This document shows positions 1 through 13,535 of a DNA stretch of 64,000 bases, piece by piece (the stretch's first letter is position 1; each line of letters starts with the position of its first letter). The stretch lies in assembly GCA_951406725.2 (NCBI GenBank), contig OX597819.1, forward strand, positions 29,326,001-29,390,000, given 5' to 3'. The notes under the pieces were generated by a model that was given only the letters and a program-made list of their open reading frames with translations, was not told the origin of the DNA and ran no database searches. A program made the translations under genes and the position numbers. The DNA comes from Octopus vulgaris. Lineage: Eukaryota.

Positions 1-44
1 GTTAAATGGTCTTAATAGCAGGCTTCTAAAACAAAGGACATATA

Positions 45-252
45 CTCTTTTACTTGTTTCAGTCATTTGACTGTGGCCATGCTGGAGCACCGCCTTTTGG
101 TCAAGCAAATCAACCCCAGGACTTATTCTTTGTAAGCCTAGTACTTATTCTATCAGTCTCTTTTGCCGAACTGCTAAGTTACAGGGACTTAAACACACCA
201 GCATTGGTTGTCAAGTGATGTTGGGGGGACAAACACAGACTCACAAACATAT

Positions 253-307
<55 letters not shown>

Positions 308-468
308 ACAGGCTTCTTTCAGTTTCCGTCTACCAAATCCACTCACAAGACTTTGGTTAACCCGAGGCTATAGTAGAAGACACTTGCCCATGGTGCCATG
401 CAGTGGGATTGAACCCAGAACCATGTGGTTGGTAAGCAAGCTACTTACCACACAGCCTCTCCTACACC
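45..468 (-). mobile_element. SINE family A (~400 bp, internal (TA)n/(TG)n)
   Basis: Head GGCTGTGTGGTAAG..GGTTCAGTCCC, tail GACTGAAACAAGTAAAAGAG; more than 12 copies in the window. Confidence 0.85.
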
Positions 469-1299
469 TATATATAAACTTTTCTATGATAATTGAAGCA
501 TATCATCATCATCATCTTTTAATGTCCACTTTCCATGTTGGAATTGGATTGAATGGTTTGACAAGTGCTGGTAAGCTGACAGGCTAAGTCAAGCCTTATT
601 GTCTCTTTCAGCATAGTTTCTATGGCTGGATGCGCTTCCTAACACCAACCACCTTACAGAGTGTACTGGGTGCTTTATTGGCAGGGTTCACCAAATACCT
701 TGCAAGACAAGACAAAGTCCCCTCCCTAACTGAGGGAAGTAGTGTTGAGGAATGTAGGCTTGTACCTATTGATCAGAGGTTAAAAGAATAGAAGGATAGA
801 AATAAGTATGTTGCTGTAGAAGAGATACAAGGATATCCCAGTTTGAGAAGATGGGAGAAGGAGACTTGAAGAGAAAGATAGAGATGGCAAGAGTGGGAGA
901 GATGGTGGTGGTGGAGATGTGTTGATATACTCTCAGGGCAAAGTGTGGTGGGTGATACAGGTGAAGAGGTGGAAGGATGGAAAATTTCATAAGAATGTGA
1001 GGAGAGGTGGTTAGATGTGATAGATATGGCTGTAGTAATTGAAGGTGAGAGGTATAGAAATGGCTCAGGTGGGAGTGGGGGTTAGATTAGATATGTGAGG
1101 ACATTAGGAGAGACAGGGGTTGAAAGAGGTGTAAGGAGGGATGGAGTATAATAGAGAGGAGGAAGCAAAGCTGGAAGAAAATAGTGAAGAAACGAAGTGA
1201 TTCTAAGGATGGAGTCTAGCAGAGGGGAGGGAGAGAGAGAGAGAGAGAGCAATGGAAGTGGTTCTGGGAGAGAAAAGAAAAGAGAAGGTATGAAAGGGG

Positions 1300-1523
1300 T
1301 GAGCTGGCAGAATCGTTAGCACGCCGGGCGAAATGCTTAGCGGTATTTCGTCTGTGTTACGTTGTGAGTTCAAATTCCGCTGAGGTCAACTTTGCCTTTC
1401 ATCCTTTCGGGGTCGATAAATTAAGTACCAGTTATGCACTGGGGGTCGATGTAATCGACTTAATACCTATGTCTGTCCTTGTTTTCCCCTCTGTGTTTGG
1501 CCCCTTGTGGGTAATAAAGAAAT
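1300..1523 (+). mobile_element. SINE family B (tRNA head, Nin/Deu-like core, Tx1-like tail)
   Basis: A/B-box-like head, core TTTGCCTTTCATCCTTTCGGGGTCGATAAA, tail CCTTGTGGGTAATAAAGAAA, TSD aggtatgaaagggg. Confidence 0.85.
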
Positions 1524-1953
1524 AGGTATGAAAGGGGGTGTGAGTGTGTAGATTGTACCTATTCTGCTCTCAGGTGATTATGATAGCTCAATCGTACAGA
1601 GATAAAGAAGTAACGAGTGAAGGGAGTGAAGATGTGGAGGAAGCTTGACGGGGGGCAATACGGGGGAACCGAGGTGAGGCTGAGCTTCGTATGTACAAGC
1701 AATTACCAAGGTAGTTTTAAGGTATCAATTCAGTTGTGGTAGGCAGGATTTCTCAAGCACCAGTAAGGCACCAGATCTTGGTCCTTTGCCATCTCCTCCA
1801 TAACACTCAGTATCTTGAGCTTGGCTCTCATGTCTTCCTGAGTCTCCTTCTTCTATAAATTTCTTCCACTGTAAGTGATCTGCACTTCTTTATGCAACAT
1901 TCCTTATCCATACACATCACTCTGTACCACCAGTCTTCTCCCCTGAACATTAA

Positions 1954-2172
1954 CCTTTTATTGTTCAGATTATTCAATCAAACATAATGCCTATTGATTC
2001 CCATTGATTTGAATTCATCATGCATTATCTCATATCTTCAAGATCTTGATGGTGTAATTACTTAATGTAGAATAACATTGTAGGGTAGGTGTGAGAGCCT
2101 GGATCTGGTCAGTTTGAACATAAAACAGATTAGCCATTTTGGCCGGATATGGCTGGTTTAAATACTAAAGGG
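1954..2172. mobile_element. TTAA-flanked piggyBac-like MITE (family 1; second copy inverted at 8211-8429)
   Basis: TTAA|CCTTT..AAAGGG|TTAA. Confidence 0.7.
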
Positions 2173-3039
2173 TTAAATCTAATTACTTGTATGCCTAATT
2201 TTTCTCTCAATATACTAGCACTGTCACACACATACACTGACATTGCACATCCAGTGGAGCATGCTAGCTGCATTCCTCTCTAATCTTGGCATATCCTCTG
2301 CATTTAGAACCCACATTACATTACTATGTAGCAATGAAGTTCCTACACAAGCATTATACAATCTTCCTTTGAGAGAGAGATAGAGATAGACCTCTGGTTG
2401 TCAACAGAGTTAAAAGTTCTTTGAATATTTTCCATCTAATTCTAGCAATTACACTTTCAGAACATCCACTTCTGCTGCTAATTAGGTCATCTAGGTAAGA
2501 GAAATTATCTAACAACCTCTAGAGAGGTTCCAGGGCCTAGAAAGCCTTGTATGTATGAATGTAATTGATACTGCAGGTCAGCTTGTAGGATGGGACTTTA
2601 TGCATTTAGAAGACTTGAGTTGACTGGAACTTCAAGTTCTGTCAGCAATGAGTGTCTGTGTGTGTGTATTACTGTTTGGACCACTTAATATATTTAAGTA
2701 TCATATTTTACTTTAACAAGGAAATGTTTGCAGCCCAGTTGCAACTGAATCAAAACGTTGAAGTCACTGTAAAAATTTTCTGGTCACAGATGAGTGACAA
2801 TGCGGTTAACGATTAAAAGAAAAAAAAAACATGGTTTCACTCTTGCAGACAGAATAGCGAAACTTGTATAGGATCTACCGAGATCAATATGAGTGAAGAA
2901 CCTAAATGACAACTTTATATCCAATGTGAAGAATCAATAAATATTTTCACTATCTATTTACTATAGAACTGATGTAATTATCCTTATTTTAACCTGTTTC
3001 AGGTAGAAAAAGCATGCAATGGGCATGAACCATTATGGA

Positions 3040-3350
3040 TGCATCATTCAAAGATATAGCAAATTTTGTAAGAAGTTTTAAAAAGTGAAGCTTATACAAG
3101 ACCAGTTTGGATAATATGAAATTTGGATTTGTAACAGGATTGGCATCATAGATACCATAGTTTAAATGGGGCAACTGCAAGAGGAAATTCTAAACAAAAA
3201 GCAAACTAACTCATATTTGTTAATCTGAAGAAAGCTTTCGACAGAGTTCTATGTTTTGTAGTTTGGAGGATGCTGAAAAAAGTGTATGTGAATGGCATAT
3301 GGTAGCCACCCGTGTACTAAGGAGATATAAGCATGGTAAAGATTAGAAGC
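3040..3350 (+). mobile_element. RTE-like RT fragment
   Basis: FGFVTG..IFVNLKKAFDRV. Confidence 0.55.
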
Positions 3351-3715
3351 AAACCATTGAGGTATTTCTATATGGCTCGGTATTCTTTATAGCTCTTAAA
3401 GCAAAAAAAAAATAATAATAATAATAATAATAATAATCACTTGATATTCTAAGTAGCATTGATATTCTGAAACTTTCATTTGGATTGTAGACTACGTAGA
3501 ATACTTGCAGATAAAAGTTCAAAACTAAGAAGAATGGTCTAGAGTCCAAAATCTTAAATATCAACTTGGATATTAAGTATCAATGTTTAAGAATCACTAA
3601 AATAAAAAGAGGCTTTGTGCCCATACTAGAAATTAATAATTGATCTAGAGCACAAAATTGTTGGAATATAGAAATAAGATTAGTAGGAATAAATAAGTTA
3701 ATAACATTCACATAT

Positions 3716-4103
3716 AGGTGCAGAAGTGGCTGTGTGGTAAGTAGCTTGCTTACCAACCACATGGTTCCGGGTTCAGTACCACTGCATGGCACCTTGGGCA
3801 AGTGTCTTTTGTTATAGCTTCGGGCCAACCAAAGCCTTGTGAGTGGATTTGGTAGACGGAAACTGAAAGTAGCCCATCGCATTATGTATATGTATGTCTG
3901 CGTTTGTCACCCCGAACATCATTTGACATGTGATGCTGGTGTGTTTACGTCCCCATAACCCAGTGGTTCAGCAAAAAGTGACCGATAGAATAAATACTAG
4001 GCTTACAAAGAATAAGTCCCGGAGTCGATTTGCTCGACTAAAAAGGTGGTGCTCCAGCATGGCCGCAGTCAAATGACTGAAACAAGTAAAAGAATAAAAG
4101 AAT
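3716..4103 (+). mobile_element. SINE family A copy
   Basis: Matches 45-468 in reverse. Confidence 0.85.
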
Positions 4104-4121
4104 ATATTTTGTTGTGTCTAG

Positions 4122-4260
4122 GGACAGTCATTATGCCGATATACCTGTTCAAAAGGAAATAAACAACTTTTCTGTACAAACAGATGTTGACTCAGTACAA
4201 ACAGATGTTGATTCTGTACAAGTAGATGTGCTATCTCCTAGATTAATAAAGAAAACTTAA
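4122..4260 (+). CDS. Candidate terminal coding exon of a gene lying left of the window (SVQTD repeats)
   Basis: ttttgttgtgtctAG acceptor. Open frame DSHYADIPVQKEINNFSVQTDVDSVQTDVDSVQVDVLSPRLIKKT*, followed by AT-rich unique sequence. Confidence 0.35.
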
Positions 4261-5035
4261 GCCATTACCAAAACTTCAGTAACATCAAGAAATCAGAGGG
4301 TGACATCAAAATCACTCCAGCATTTTGTTTTACTCATCAAAAAGACTTATTGGAAATGTGGAGTCTCTTTTGGCATATTTAGGTCAATGTTGAAAGTGTG
4401 TAATTTAGTCTGAAGGGAATAACTTTTAGGGACAAATCTTAGTTAATGGAAGTCTAAAAGTCAATGATATACAATTAGATAAGCTGTATTTATGCTTATT
4501 TTCCTTTGTATTGAAGTGATCAATAACTGGTCATCTATTTTGAAATATATTCAATTTATAGAATGTTTTATTCGATTCTTAATTGTATTAAAATGTCTGA
4601 TAACTTAAAGTATAAGTGGAAAACATCAGGTGACTTAGAAATAAGATTGATGTCTTATTAGCTAAAGATGCAGAGCTATCCTGTGTACAGAAACTAGAAA
4701 CTAAAATGCATACTGTGTGGAGCTATTGCTATATGTATTTTATATTCTTTACATGTGTTTGTTATATAGTTACTGCAATATTTTATTAAGTCAACACCAC
4801 CCACCATGCAAATAGAATGCACACTTACAAGCAATTATGAAAAAAATATTTTCACAGCATGTATAATAGCTGACAAAATTAAATGTAAGCACATTGTTCA
4901 TTAAACAGGGCCCAATATTCAGACAAGTTAGATCAAAGCTATACACAGCAATTAACCTTTTATTCCAAATTATTATATAGCTTTTATACCAGTAATTTAC
5001 ATTTTCTGGTTGTTCTTGTATTTTGTAATTATATA

Positions 5036-5493
5036 TGTGCCAGTGGCACATAAAAGGGCACCATTCGAGTGTGATCGTTACCAGCGTCACCTTACTGGCA
5101 CTTGTGCCCATGCTAGTAGGGTGCCAAGAGCACCATCCGAGCATCATCGTTGCCAGAGCAGCCAACTGGCTCCGTGCCAGTGGCACATAAAAGGGCACCA
5201 TTCGTGCATGATCATTACCAACGTTGCCTCACTGGCACCTGTTCTGGTAGCATGTATAAAAAGATTCGAGCAAGGTCATTGCCAGTACCGCCTGACTGGC
5301 CCCCATGCCGGTGTCACGTAAAAAGCACCCACTACACTCTCGGAGTGGTTTGCGTTAGGAAGGGCATTCAGCTGTAGAAACTCTGCCAGATCAAGATTGG
5401 AGCCTGGTGCGGCCATCTGGTTCGCCAGCCCTCAGTCAAAATCGTCCAACCCATGCTAGCATGGAAGGCTGACGTTAAACAATGATGATGATG
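5036..5493 (+). mobile_element. RTE LINE 3'UTR copy
   Basis: Same 3' sequence as 62320-62500 with (GAT)n tail. Related copies at ~503-690 (-) and ~53385-53655 (+). Confidence 0.75.
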
Positions 5494-6116
5494 ATATATT
5501 TTACATTCATTTAGTATATTTCATGTTCATGTGATAGTGTTTAAATCCTTACAATATGCCATTTAAAACCAAACAAACTGAACAATTGGTATTACTGATA
5601 TTAAAATTAGATTAGTGATACAATGAACAGAAATTAAGCAGATATCTGAATACAGCCAAAACCACTAACAAGAAAGAAAATAGAAGAATTGATACAAGCA
5701 TAACTGAGTGGTTAAGAAATTTATTGTGCAGCCTTATGGTTCTTGGGTTTTGTGCTCCATCACAGCACTTTTATCAAGTGTCTTCTATTGTGACCCTGAG
5801 CCAATAAATGCCTTGTTAGAAAGTTTGGTACACAGAAACTGTGTGGAAGCCTATCATATGCATGTGTGTGAGGAGGGGAGATGCAAACGCTTATCTGTGT
5901 GATCATTAATAGCGTCACCTTACTGGTACTTGTGCCTGTGCTAGTAGGGTGCCAAGAGCACCATCCGAGCGTCATCGTTGCCAGAGCAGCCAACTGGCTC
6001 CGTTCTCATCTCTTGGCAACCTGTGTTGACTCATGTTGTTTAGACTCATGTAACTTAGCAGTTCGGTAAAGAAAAAAAAGAGACCAATAAAATAACTACC
6101 AAGCTTAAAATAAATA

Positions 6117-6349
6117 CTTATTTCTTTACTACCCACAAGGGGCTAAACACAGAGGGGACAAACAAGGACAGATAAACGGATTAAGTCGATTACATCGACC
6201 CCAGTGCATAACTGGTACTTAATTTATCGACCCTGAAAGGATGAAAGGCAAAGTCAACCTCGGTGGAATTTGAACTCAGAACGTAACAGCAGACGAAATA
6301 CAGCTACGCATTTCGCCTGGCGTGCTAACGTTTCTGCCAGCTCGCCACC
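6117..6349 (-). mobile_element. SINE family B copy
   Basis: Reverse complement of 1300-1523; nested in a decayed family A SINE. Confidence 0.85.
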
Positions 6350-6616
6350 TTTACTATAAATAAATGCTTAGTGGCATTTAAAATAAATACTGGAGTTAAG
6401 CTGATCGAAGCAGTGCCCCAAGAGTGGTCACAATCCAATGAATGAAGCAATTAAATAATTCCAGCATGAAATGGAATATCTTTCCCTTTCATGCTTTTTG
6501 GAGTTTTTTTTTTTTTCATTCTTTTGACTTTAATAAATGCCATAAAATTATATTCACAGACTAAGATATTATTTCAAATAATAATGCAGAGTGTTAAAAA
6601 ATGTTCATAATGATAA

Positions 6617-6771
6617 CGAGTAGCTGTATGGTAAGTAGCTTACTTGCCAACCACATGGTTCTGGGTTCAGTCCCACTGCGTGGCACCTTGGGCAAGTGTC
6701 TTCTTCTATAGCCGTAGGCCGACTAAAGCCTTGGGAGTGGATTTGGTAGATGGAAACTGAGAGAAGCCCAT

Positions 6772-6834
<63 letters not shown>

Positions 6835-7030
6835 TTGTATTTATCCCTTCCCACCATCGCTTGACAACTGATGTTGGTGTGTTTATGTGCCCCGTAACTT
6901 AGCAGTTCGGCAAAATAGACTGATAGAATAAGTACTAGGCTCACAAAGAATAAGTCCTGGGGTTGATTTGTTTGACTAAAAGTGGTACTCCAGCATGGCC
7001 ACAGTCAAGTGACTGAAACAAATAAAAGAC
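6617..7030 (+). mobile_element. SINE family A copy
   Basis: Same head, internal microsatellite and tail. Confidence 0.85.
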
Positions 7031-7059
7031 TATAGATGATAAAATAATGATAATATTAG

Positions 7060-7942
7060 TTTCAAATTTTGGCAGAAGGCCAGCAAGTTTGAGTGGGGAA
7101 TAAGTTGATTACAACCTCAGTGCTTAACTAATGCTTATTTTATTGACCTTAAAAGAATGCAAGGCCCAATTTGAACTCAAAACGTAAAGACTGACGAAAT
7201 GCCACTATGTATTTTTCCCAATGTGCTAACAATTTTGCTAGCCTACCACTTTAAAATAATAATGATGATGATGATAATGATGATGATCTTTTCTACTATA
7301 GGCACAAAGCCTGAAATTTTGTGAGGAGGAGTGAGTCAATTATATCGACTCAAGTGCATAACAAGTAGTTATTTCATTGATCCTGAAGGGATGAAAGACA
7401 AAGTTGACCCAAAGAGGAATTTGAACTCAGAAGGGGCTAAACATAGAGGGGACAAACGAGGACAGACAAAGGGATTAAATTGAGTATATCAACCCCAGTG
7501 TGTAACTGGTACTTAATTTATCGACCCCAAAAAGATGAAAGGCAAAGTCAACCTCGGCGGAATTTGAACTCAGAACGTAATGGCAGACGAAATACCTATT
7601 TCTTTACTACCCACAAGGGGCTAAACACAGAGGGGACAAACAAGGACAGACAAACGGATTAAGTCGATTACATCGACCCCAGTGCGTAACTGGTACTTAA
7701 TTTATCGACCCCGAAAGGATGAAAGGCAAAGTCGACCTCGGCGGAATTTGAACTCACAACGTAACGGCAGACGAAAAACAGCCACGCATTTCGCCCGGCG
7801 TGCTAACGTTTCTGCCAGCTTGCCGCCTTGTTGTGAAAGGATGAAAGGCAAAGTCGACCTCGGCGGAATTTGAACTCAGAACGTAATGGCAGACGAAATA
7901 CCGCTAAGCATTTCGCCCGATGTGCTAATATTTCTGCCAGCT
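7060..7942 (-). mobile_element. Cluster of about 5 nested or tandem family B SINEs
   Basis: Repeated GAAAGGATGAAAGGCAAAGTCGACCTCGGCGGAATTTGAACTC units with three different tails. Confidence 0.8.
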
Positions 7943-8959
7943 CTAAAAATAATATTGGTAATGATGTACAAAGTACAGTACAGCCAGCAGTCATTCATGT
8001 GTGAGTTTGGTTTGGTAATATGTACCATGCTTTTACTAATTGTTTTTGACCTATGCATAGACACGACCTAAGCCTTCCCACACCTCATTCCAACAGAACG
8101 ATCAGGATTTGACTGTTGGACATAGAAGAGTTTCACCAGTAACCAGCTGGTACTCATTTACAGTTGAGTAGACTGGAACAATTTGAAATGAAGTGTTTTG
8201 ATATATTTAACCCATTGGCATTTAAAATGGCATATCCGACTCAAATATTCTACCTATTTTATGCTAAAATTGGCCAGACCTAACCTCTCACACATGCCCT
8301 ACAATGCCATTCTAAGAATAGTCAATCACATCACAGAAATCTGGAAGCTATATGATAATGCATGATTAACTGAAAACAATGTGAATAAACGAGCATTAAA
8401 TTTGACAGAGGAATCTGAATGCTAAAAAATTAAACAGACTACCTGGCCCAAGAACTGAATCCACAAACCACTTGACAACATGCTTTCATGATGATGATAA
8501 TGATGATGATGATTATGTATCAATTGTAGAAAAAAGCAATTAAATGTATTATGATTTAAATGTGAATCTTTACAAAATTGAAAACTAGAAAGCAAATAAA
8601 TGTTTTTTCTATTAACATGATGAGCATAAAAAATTATAAGAACATGATGTATTTACTTGAACACAAAAATATATATGTAAAGTTTGACACTTGATGAACA
8701 TGAAAAATTAACTGAAAACTAATTATCATGTTTACAATTTTAGTCTATAAAACAAACAAAAAGGTATTTATCTTTACAAATTTAAATTAGCAGGAATTAA
8801 TATACATAAGCTATGAAATAGTAAACTACAAAATAACAATTTTGGTTTAATATTTTAAAACAGACAAATCAAACATATATAGATAGAGGAAAAAAATTTC
8901 CTAAGAATAATTCTGTTTTTGTGTCTTCTCTATGAACTTTTTAAAGTTCTTGCATAATA

Positions 8960-9359
8960 GATGCAGGAATGGCTGTGTGGTAAGTAGCTTGCTTACCAAC
9001 CACATGGTTCCAGGTTCAGTCCCACAGCGTGGCACCTTGGGCAAGTGTCTTCTACTATAGCCCCAGGCTGATGAAGCCTCGTGAGTGGATTTGGTAGATG
9101 GAAACTGAAAGAAGCTCGTCGTATTTGTGTATATGTATATAAATATGTGTGTGTGTTTGTGTGTCTGTGTTTGTTCCCCCAACATCACTTGACAACCAAT
9201 GCTGGTGTGTTTATGTCCCCGTAACTTAGCAGTTTGGCAAAAGAGACTGATAGAATAAGTATTAGGCTTACAAAGAATAAGTCCTGGGATTGATTTGCTC
9301 GACTAAAGGCGGTGCTCCAACATTGGCCACAGTCAAATGACTGAAACAAGTAAAAGAGT
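8960..9359 (+). mobile_element. SINE family A copy
   Basis: Same head and tail. Confidence 0.85.
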
Positions 9360-9642
9360 AATTCTTTCTCTGGAAGTGCTTCCCTGTTATGAAATCAAAA
9401 TGTTTTGATAACGACTTTGAAGTCAATATGTTGTAATTATATGACGCAAGAGCATGTGTGCCTGTGCAATCATATATATTTAAGTGTCCGCTTGTTAAGG
9501 TGAATACAAAAGAGCTTGCATGCAAATAACTTCATAAATATATCACAAACAAAAGTAAATGCGATAAATATATTTAGTGATGCAGTTATATCTCAGGTTG
9601 GAATTTTAAGTTATAGAATCTGGAGAAACTATAACCTGAATT

Positions 9643-9856
9643 CTCTTTTGCTTGTTTCAGTCATTTGACTGTGGCCATGCTGGAGCACCGCCTTTAGTCG
9701 AGCAAATCGACCCCAGGACTTATTCTTTGTAAGCCTAGTACTTATTCTATCAGTCGCTTTTGCCGAACTGCTAAGTTACGGGGACGTAAACACACCGGCA
9801 TCGGTTTTCAAGTGATGTTGGGGGGACAAATACAGACACACAAACATACACACACT

Positions 9857-9890
<34 letters not shown>

Positions 9891-10043
9891 ACGATGAGCT
9901 TCTTTCAGTTTCCGTCTAACAAATCCACTCACAAGGCTTTGGTTGACCTGAGGCTATAGTAGAAGACATTTGTCCAAGGTGCCACATAGTGGGACTGAAC
10001 CCGGAACCATGTGGTTGGTAAGCAAGCTACTTCCCACACAGCC
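9643..10043 (-). mobile_element. SINE family A copy inserted in the WD40 exon relic
   Basis: Same head and tail; splits VKLWK|IQV. Confidence 0.85.
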
Positions 10044-10390
10044 TTCCATAACTTAACATTGCTATCAGTTTCACTACTTCCCTGTAATGAAACTAAAAAA
10101 AAATTCCATTCCTTAACATCTAGAAGTCTGTTAGTGATTCAACATAATGACCTGCCTTTCATTAGATGTTGCCCCAAAGCAAATGAAAAATGTGAAGGAC
10201 CAAGAAGAAAAAAGAAAAACAAAAAAAAGAAAAACAGTAAAAAAAGAACAAAGTATGTAGAAATGATGCCAGGAATAATTTGTTGGAAGAGGAGCAGTGA
10301 TAAATCCCAAAAGACTATCTTAGTTGATAACACAGGGCTAATGATATTAACTTTAAGTTAATATAAGCTGAAATGTTTTATAAATTTTCA

Positions 10391-10776
10391 AGAGTGGCTG
10401 TGTGGGAAGTAGCTTGCTTACCAACCACATGGTTCCAGGTTCAGTCCCACTGTGTGGCACCTAGGGCAAGTGTCTTCTTCTATAGCCTGAGGATGACCAA
10501 AGCCTTGTCAGTGGATTTGGCAGATGGAAACTGAAAGAAGCCCATTGTATATATGTATATATATGTGTGTGTTTGTGTGTCTGTGTTTGTTCCCACCAAC
10601 ATCACTTGACAACTGATGCTGGTATGTTTACGTCCCCGTAACTTAGCAATTCGGCAAAAAGACCCCGATAGAATAAGTACTAGGCTTACAAAGAATAAGT
10701 CCTGGAGTCAATTTGCTTGACTAAAGGAGGTGCTCCTGCATGGCCACAGTCAAATGAGTGAAACAGGTAAAAGAGT
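10391..10776 (+). mobile_element. SINE family A copy
   Basis: Same head and tail. Confidence 0.85.
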
Positions 10777-10986
10777 ATCTTGTATGAATTGTTTGCTAAT
10801 AAATATAAATCTCTGAAACATGAAATTGGAAAAGTTTCTATTATACTTAATCTAAGACATTTTTTAGATTCAAAATTTTGGGTGTTGTATAATTAGACAT
10901 CTACAAATAGTAGTAATATGATTTTGCATAATTCCAGTAATAAGATCAGATTCTGGTGCTGATTAGGAAAACAACCAATATACATA

Positions 10987-11201
10987 CGAGGGGTGCTCAA
11001 GAGTTCGTTGCTTTGAGGGTATCAAGAAAACCCTGGCTGGAGGCCCAATGTTCCAAGTTCTTTACAGGGCTTAGCAAAACTGAAGGACCACTGCAATAAG
11101 TGTGTGAATCTGAGAGGAGTATATATTGAATAAAATCATAATTAACCAATACTCCTGTATTTTCTTTTACCTAAAGCCAGGAACTTTTCAGCATCTCCTC
11201 G
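10987..11201 (+). mobile_element. Mariner-derived MITE
   Basis: TA TSD, ~25-bp imperfect TIR CGAGGGGTGCT, internal KCVNLRGVYIE* (mariner transposase end). Confidence 0.75.
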
Positions 11202-11770
11202 TAAATGGTAAAACTAAAGATAATAGAGAATTCCTATAGAATGGAAGGCAAAGTGATTTACATGAACGTTTTCAAAGTCATGTGCATGTTTGCATGTGCG
11301 TGCACTGATAAATGTGCATCTAATCAAGAAAAAGTAATTGACAAATGATGAAGAGTTTATACTCTACATTAATATATCTCTTTCAAAGCTGGTTGTTTTG
11401 CTTAAATTAAATGTGTGTTGCTATGGTAATCTTAATGACATAAATATAAACAATTCAGGGATGTTTCCCTAAAAGGCATAAAGCAGCTGAAATATAGCAG
11501 TTGGAAAATATTTTAAATCTAAAAGGACAAGAAAAAAAAATTCAAAATACTTTTGATAACAAAATGACCATTTTTGCTTATAAATAAATAATAATCCATA
11601 TAAAAAAAACATAAAACAAAACACTTTGGTAAAAATAAGTATATATTTTACAAAAACTACATTCATTATCAAAATAGATTGAATTACATAACAGAAGAGA
11701 GATATTTATTGAGGTCATTGGGAATACAAGGAATGGTAAGAAAAGAAAGAAAAGTACTTTGTACACTCAC

Positions 11771-12070
11771 CCAACATTTACAAATCACAGCCAATTTAAT
11801 TAACTTTGCAGAACTTCCTTAAAAATAAATTGCTACCCAGGGGTTATCTGCAGAAGAAATTAAGGTTTCTTTGTTAGGGAGTTACTTATTTGAATAGTAC
11901 AAGAGTAAAGCAAAAATAATTCATTTCTTGTGTATATACTGGAAACTTATCAATCCCAACTGAGGTTAAACAGATGAGTGGTCAATAAATAAGGTCAAAG
12001 ACTGCACTAGGTTTTCAGCTGCCATTTTCTTTCTGTCAAAGAAATTCAGTTTTGGATGTTTAAACATTAG
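11771..12070 (-). pseudogene. Probable WD-region exon relic
   Basis: taataccAG acceptor, GTGAGT donor. LMFKHPKLNFFDRKK..HSSV* then ISSADNPWVAI; internal stops. Confidence 0.45.
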
Positions 12071-12136
12071 CTGGTATTACAAAACACACACAGATATACA
12101 TATAAATATATACATAAATATATATACACACACATC

Positions 12137-12186
<50 letters not shown>

Positions 12187-12443
12187 TTATATGTGTGTGT
12201 GTGTGTGGAAAAGAAATGCTTATTTCAGAGAACTTGGTACTAACAGAAACAATTCAATCATATATACAGACAATGATACAAGTAAAGTCTTCTTTTGTTT
12301 TGCAATATTGTCAATACCTGTGTGTGTGTGTGAGTTTGTGTGTGTGTGTGTATGTGTGTGTGTGTGTGTGTGTAGGCATATATACATTTATCTTTTACTT
12401 GCTTCAGTCATTAGACTGAAGCCATGCTGAGGTACCACCTTAA

Positions 12444-12663
12444 CACTTTCATTACTGTATTTATTTTGAGATGCTCTGTGTTGTTTTCAATTACTTTGAA
12501 TATAAGAAAGAATTCAGTAAAATAACTTAGTTATCATTCAGCTAGTGTTAGGAACATAAATTGTGACTAAGGTTTGGTGGAAGACTTTAATTCAAAACTT
12601 ATGAAAACAAGACATTTGAACTCAGAGCCAGAGCCGGTTTCAGCCGGGTCGGTAACAAAAGGG
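12444..12663. mobile_element. TTAA-flanked piggyBac-like MITE (family 2)
   Basis: TTAA|CACTTTC..AAAAGGG|TTAA; similar to 19851-20069. Confidence 0.7.
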
Positions 12664-13019
12664 TTAAAGAGCTTAGCTGAGAAAATCGATCCCAATCCTG
12701 TACTTATGTTATTTTTTTTATTTTTCTAAGCCTGGTTTTTATTCTATTGTTCCCTTGTGCTGAACTGCTAAGTTACAGGGATGTAAATAAGCCAACACCA
12801 ACTGTCAACTAGTAAGTAAGGGTCAAACACAACCACACACACACACACACACATACACACACATATATATATATATACACACACAACAGGCTTCTTTCAG
12901 CTTGTGACAACCAAATCCACTTACAAAGCTTTCGTTGGCTCAGGGCTATCATAGAAAACACTTGCCTAAAGTACCACACAGTGGGACTGAACATGGAACC
13001 AAGTGATGAAAAAGTTATA

Positions 13020-13535
13020 CACAGACAGACAGACAGACAGACAGATAGATAGGTAGGTAGATAGATAGGTAGGTAGACAGATAGGTAGGTAGATAGATAG
13101 GTAGATAGATAGATAGGTAGATAGATAGGTAGATAGATAGATAGGTAGATAGATAGGTAGATAGATAGATAGGTAGATAGATAGATAGGTAGATTTATAG
13201 AACAGCAACTCAAGAACTATACAGTTGTATAGCCATTGCTGATATCAACAGACAGGTTGTATGATAGATCATATGTACATATAAACACAAAGATATACAT
13301 ATACACACACATATACATATGTATACACACATATATATATATATATACATATATATACACACACATACACAAATATATACACACATATACACACAAAAAT
13401 ATATATACACACACATATATACACACACATACATACACAAAAAATATATATATACACACACATATATACACACAAATATATACACAGACATGCACAAAAG
13501 TACACACAGACACACATTAATATACAAACACACAC
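13020..13535. repeat. Compound (GACA)n/(GATA/GGTA)n and (CA/TA)n microsatellites
   Basis: Direct reading. Confidence 0.95.

Larger units (their letters stand above)
8900..10367 (-). pseudogene. WD40-repeat exon relic interrupted by two SINEs
   Basis: catttcAG acceptor. WD-type motifs KIVFWDL, GSSETDSNVKLWK|SINE|IQV, SGHLNIYDCTG and FDFITGK. Confidence 0.55.

Noticed and set aside
384-587. Recurring small ORFs such as ..PGTMWLVSKLLTTQP..
   Set aside because: Antisense translation of SINE family A, not a gene family.
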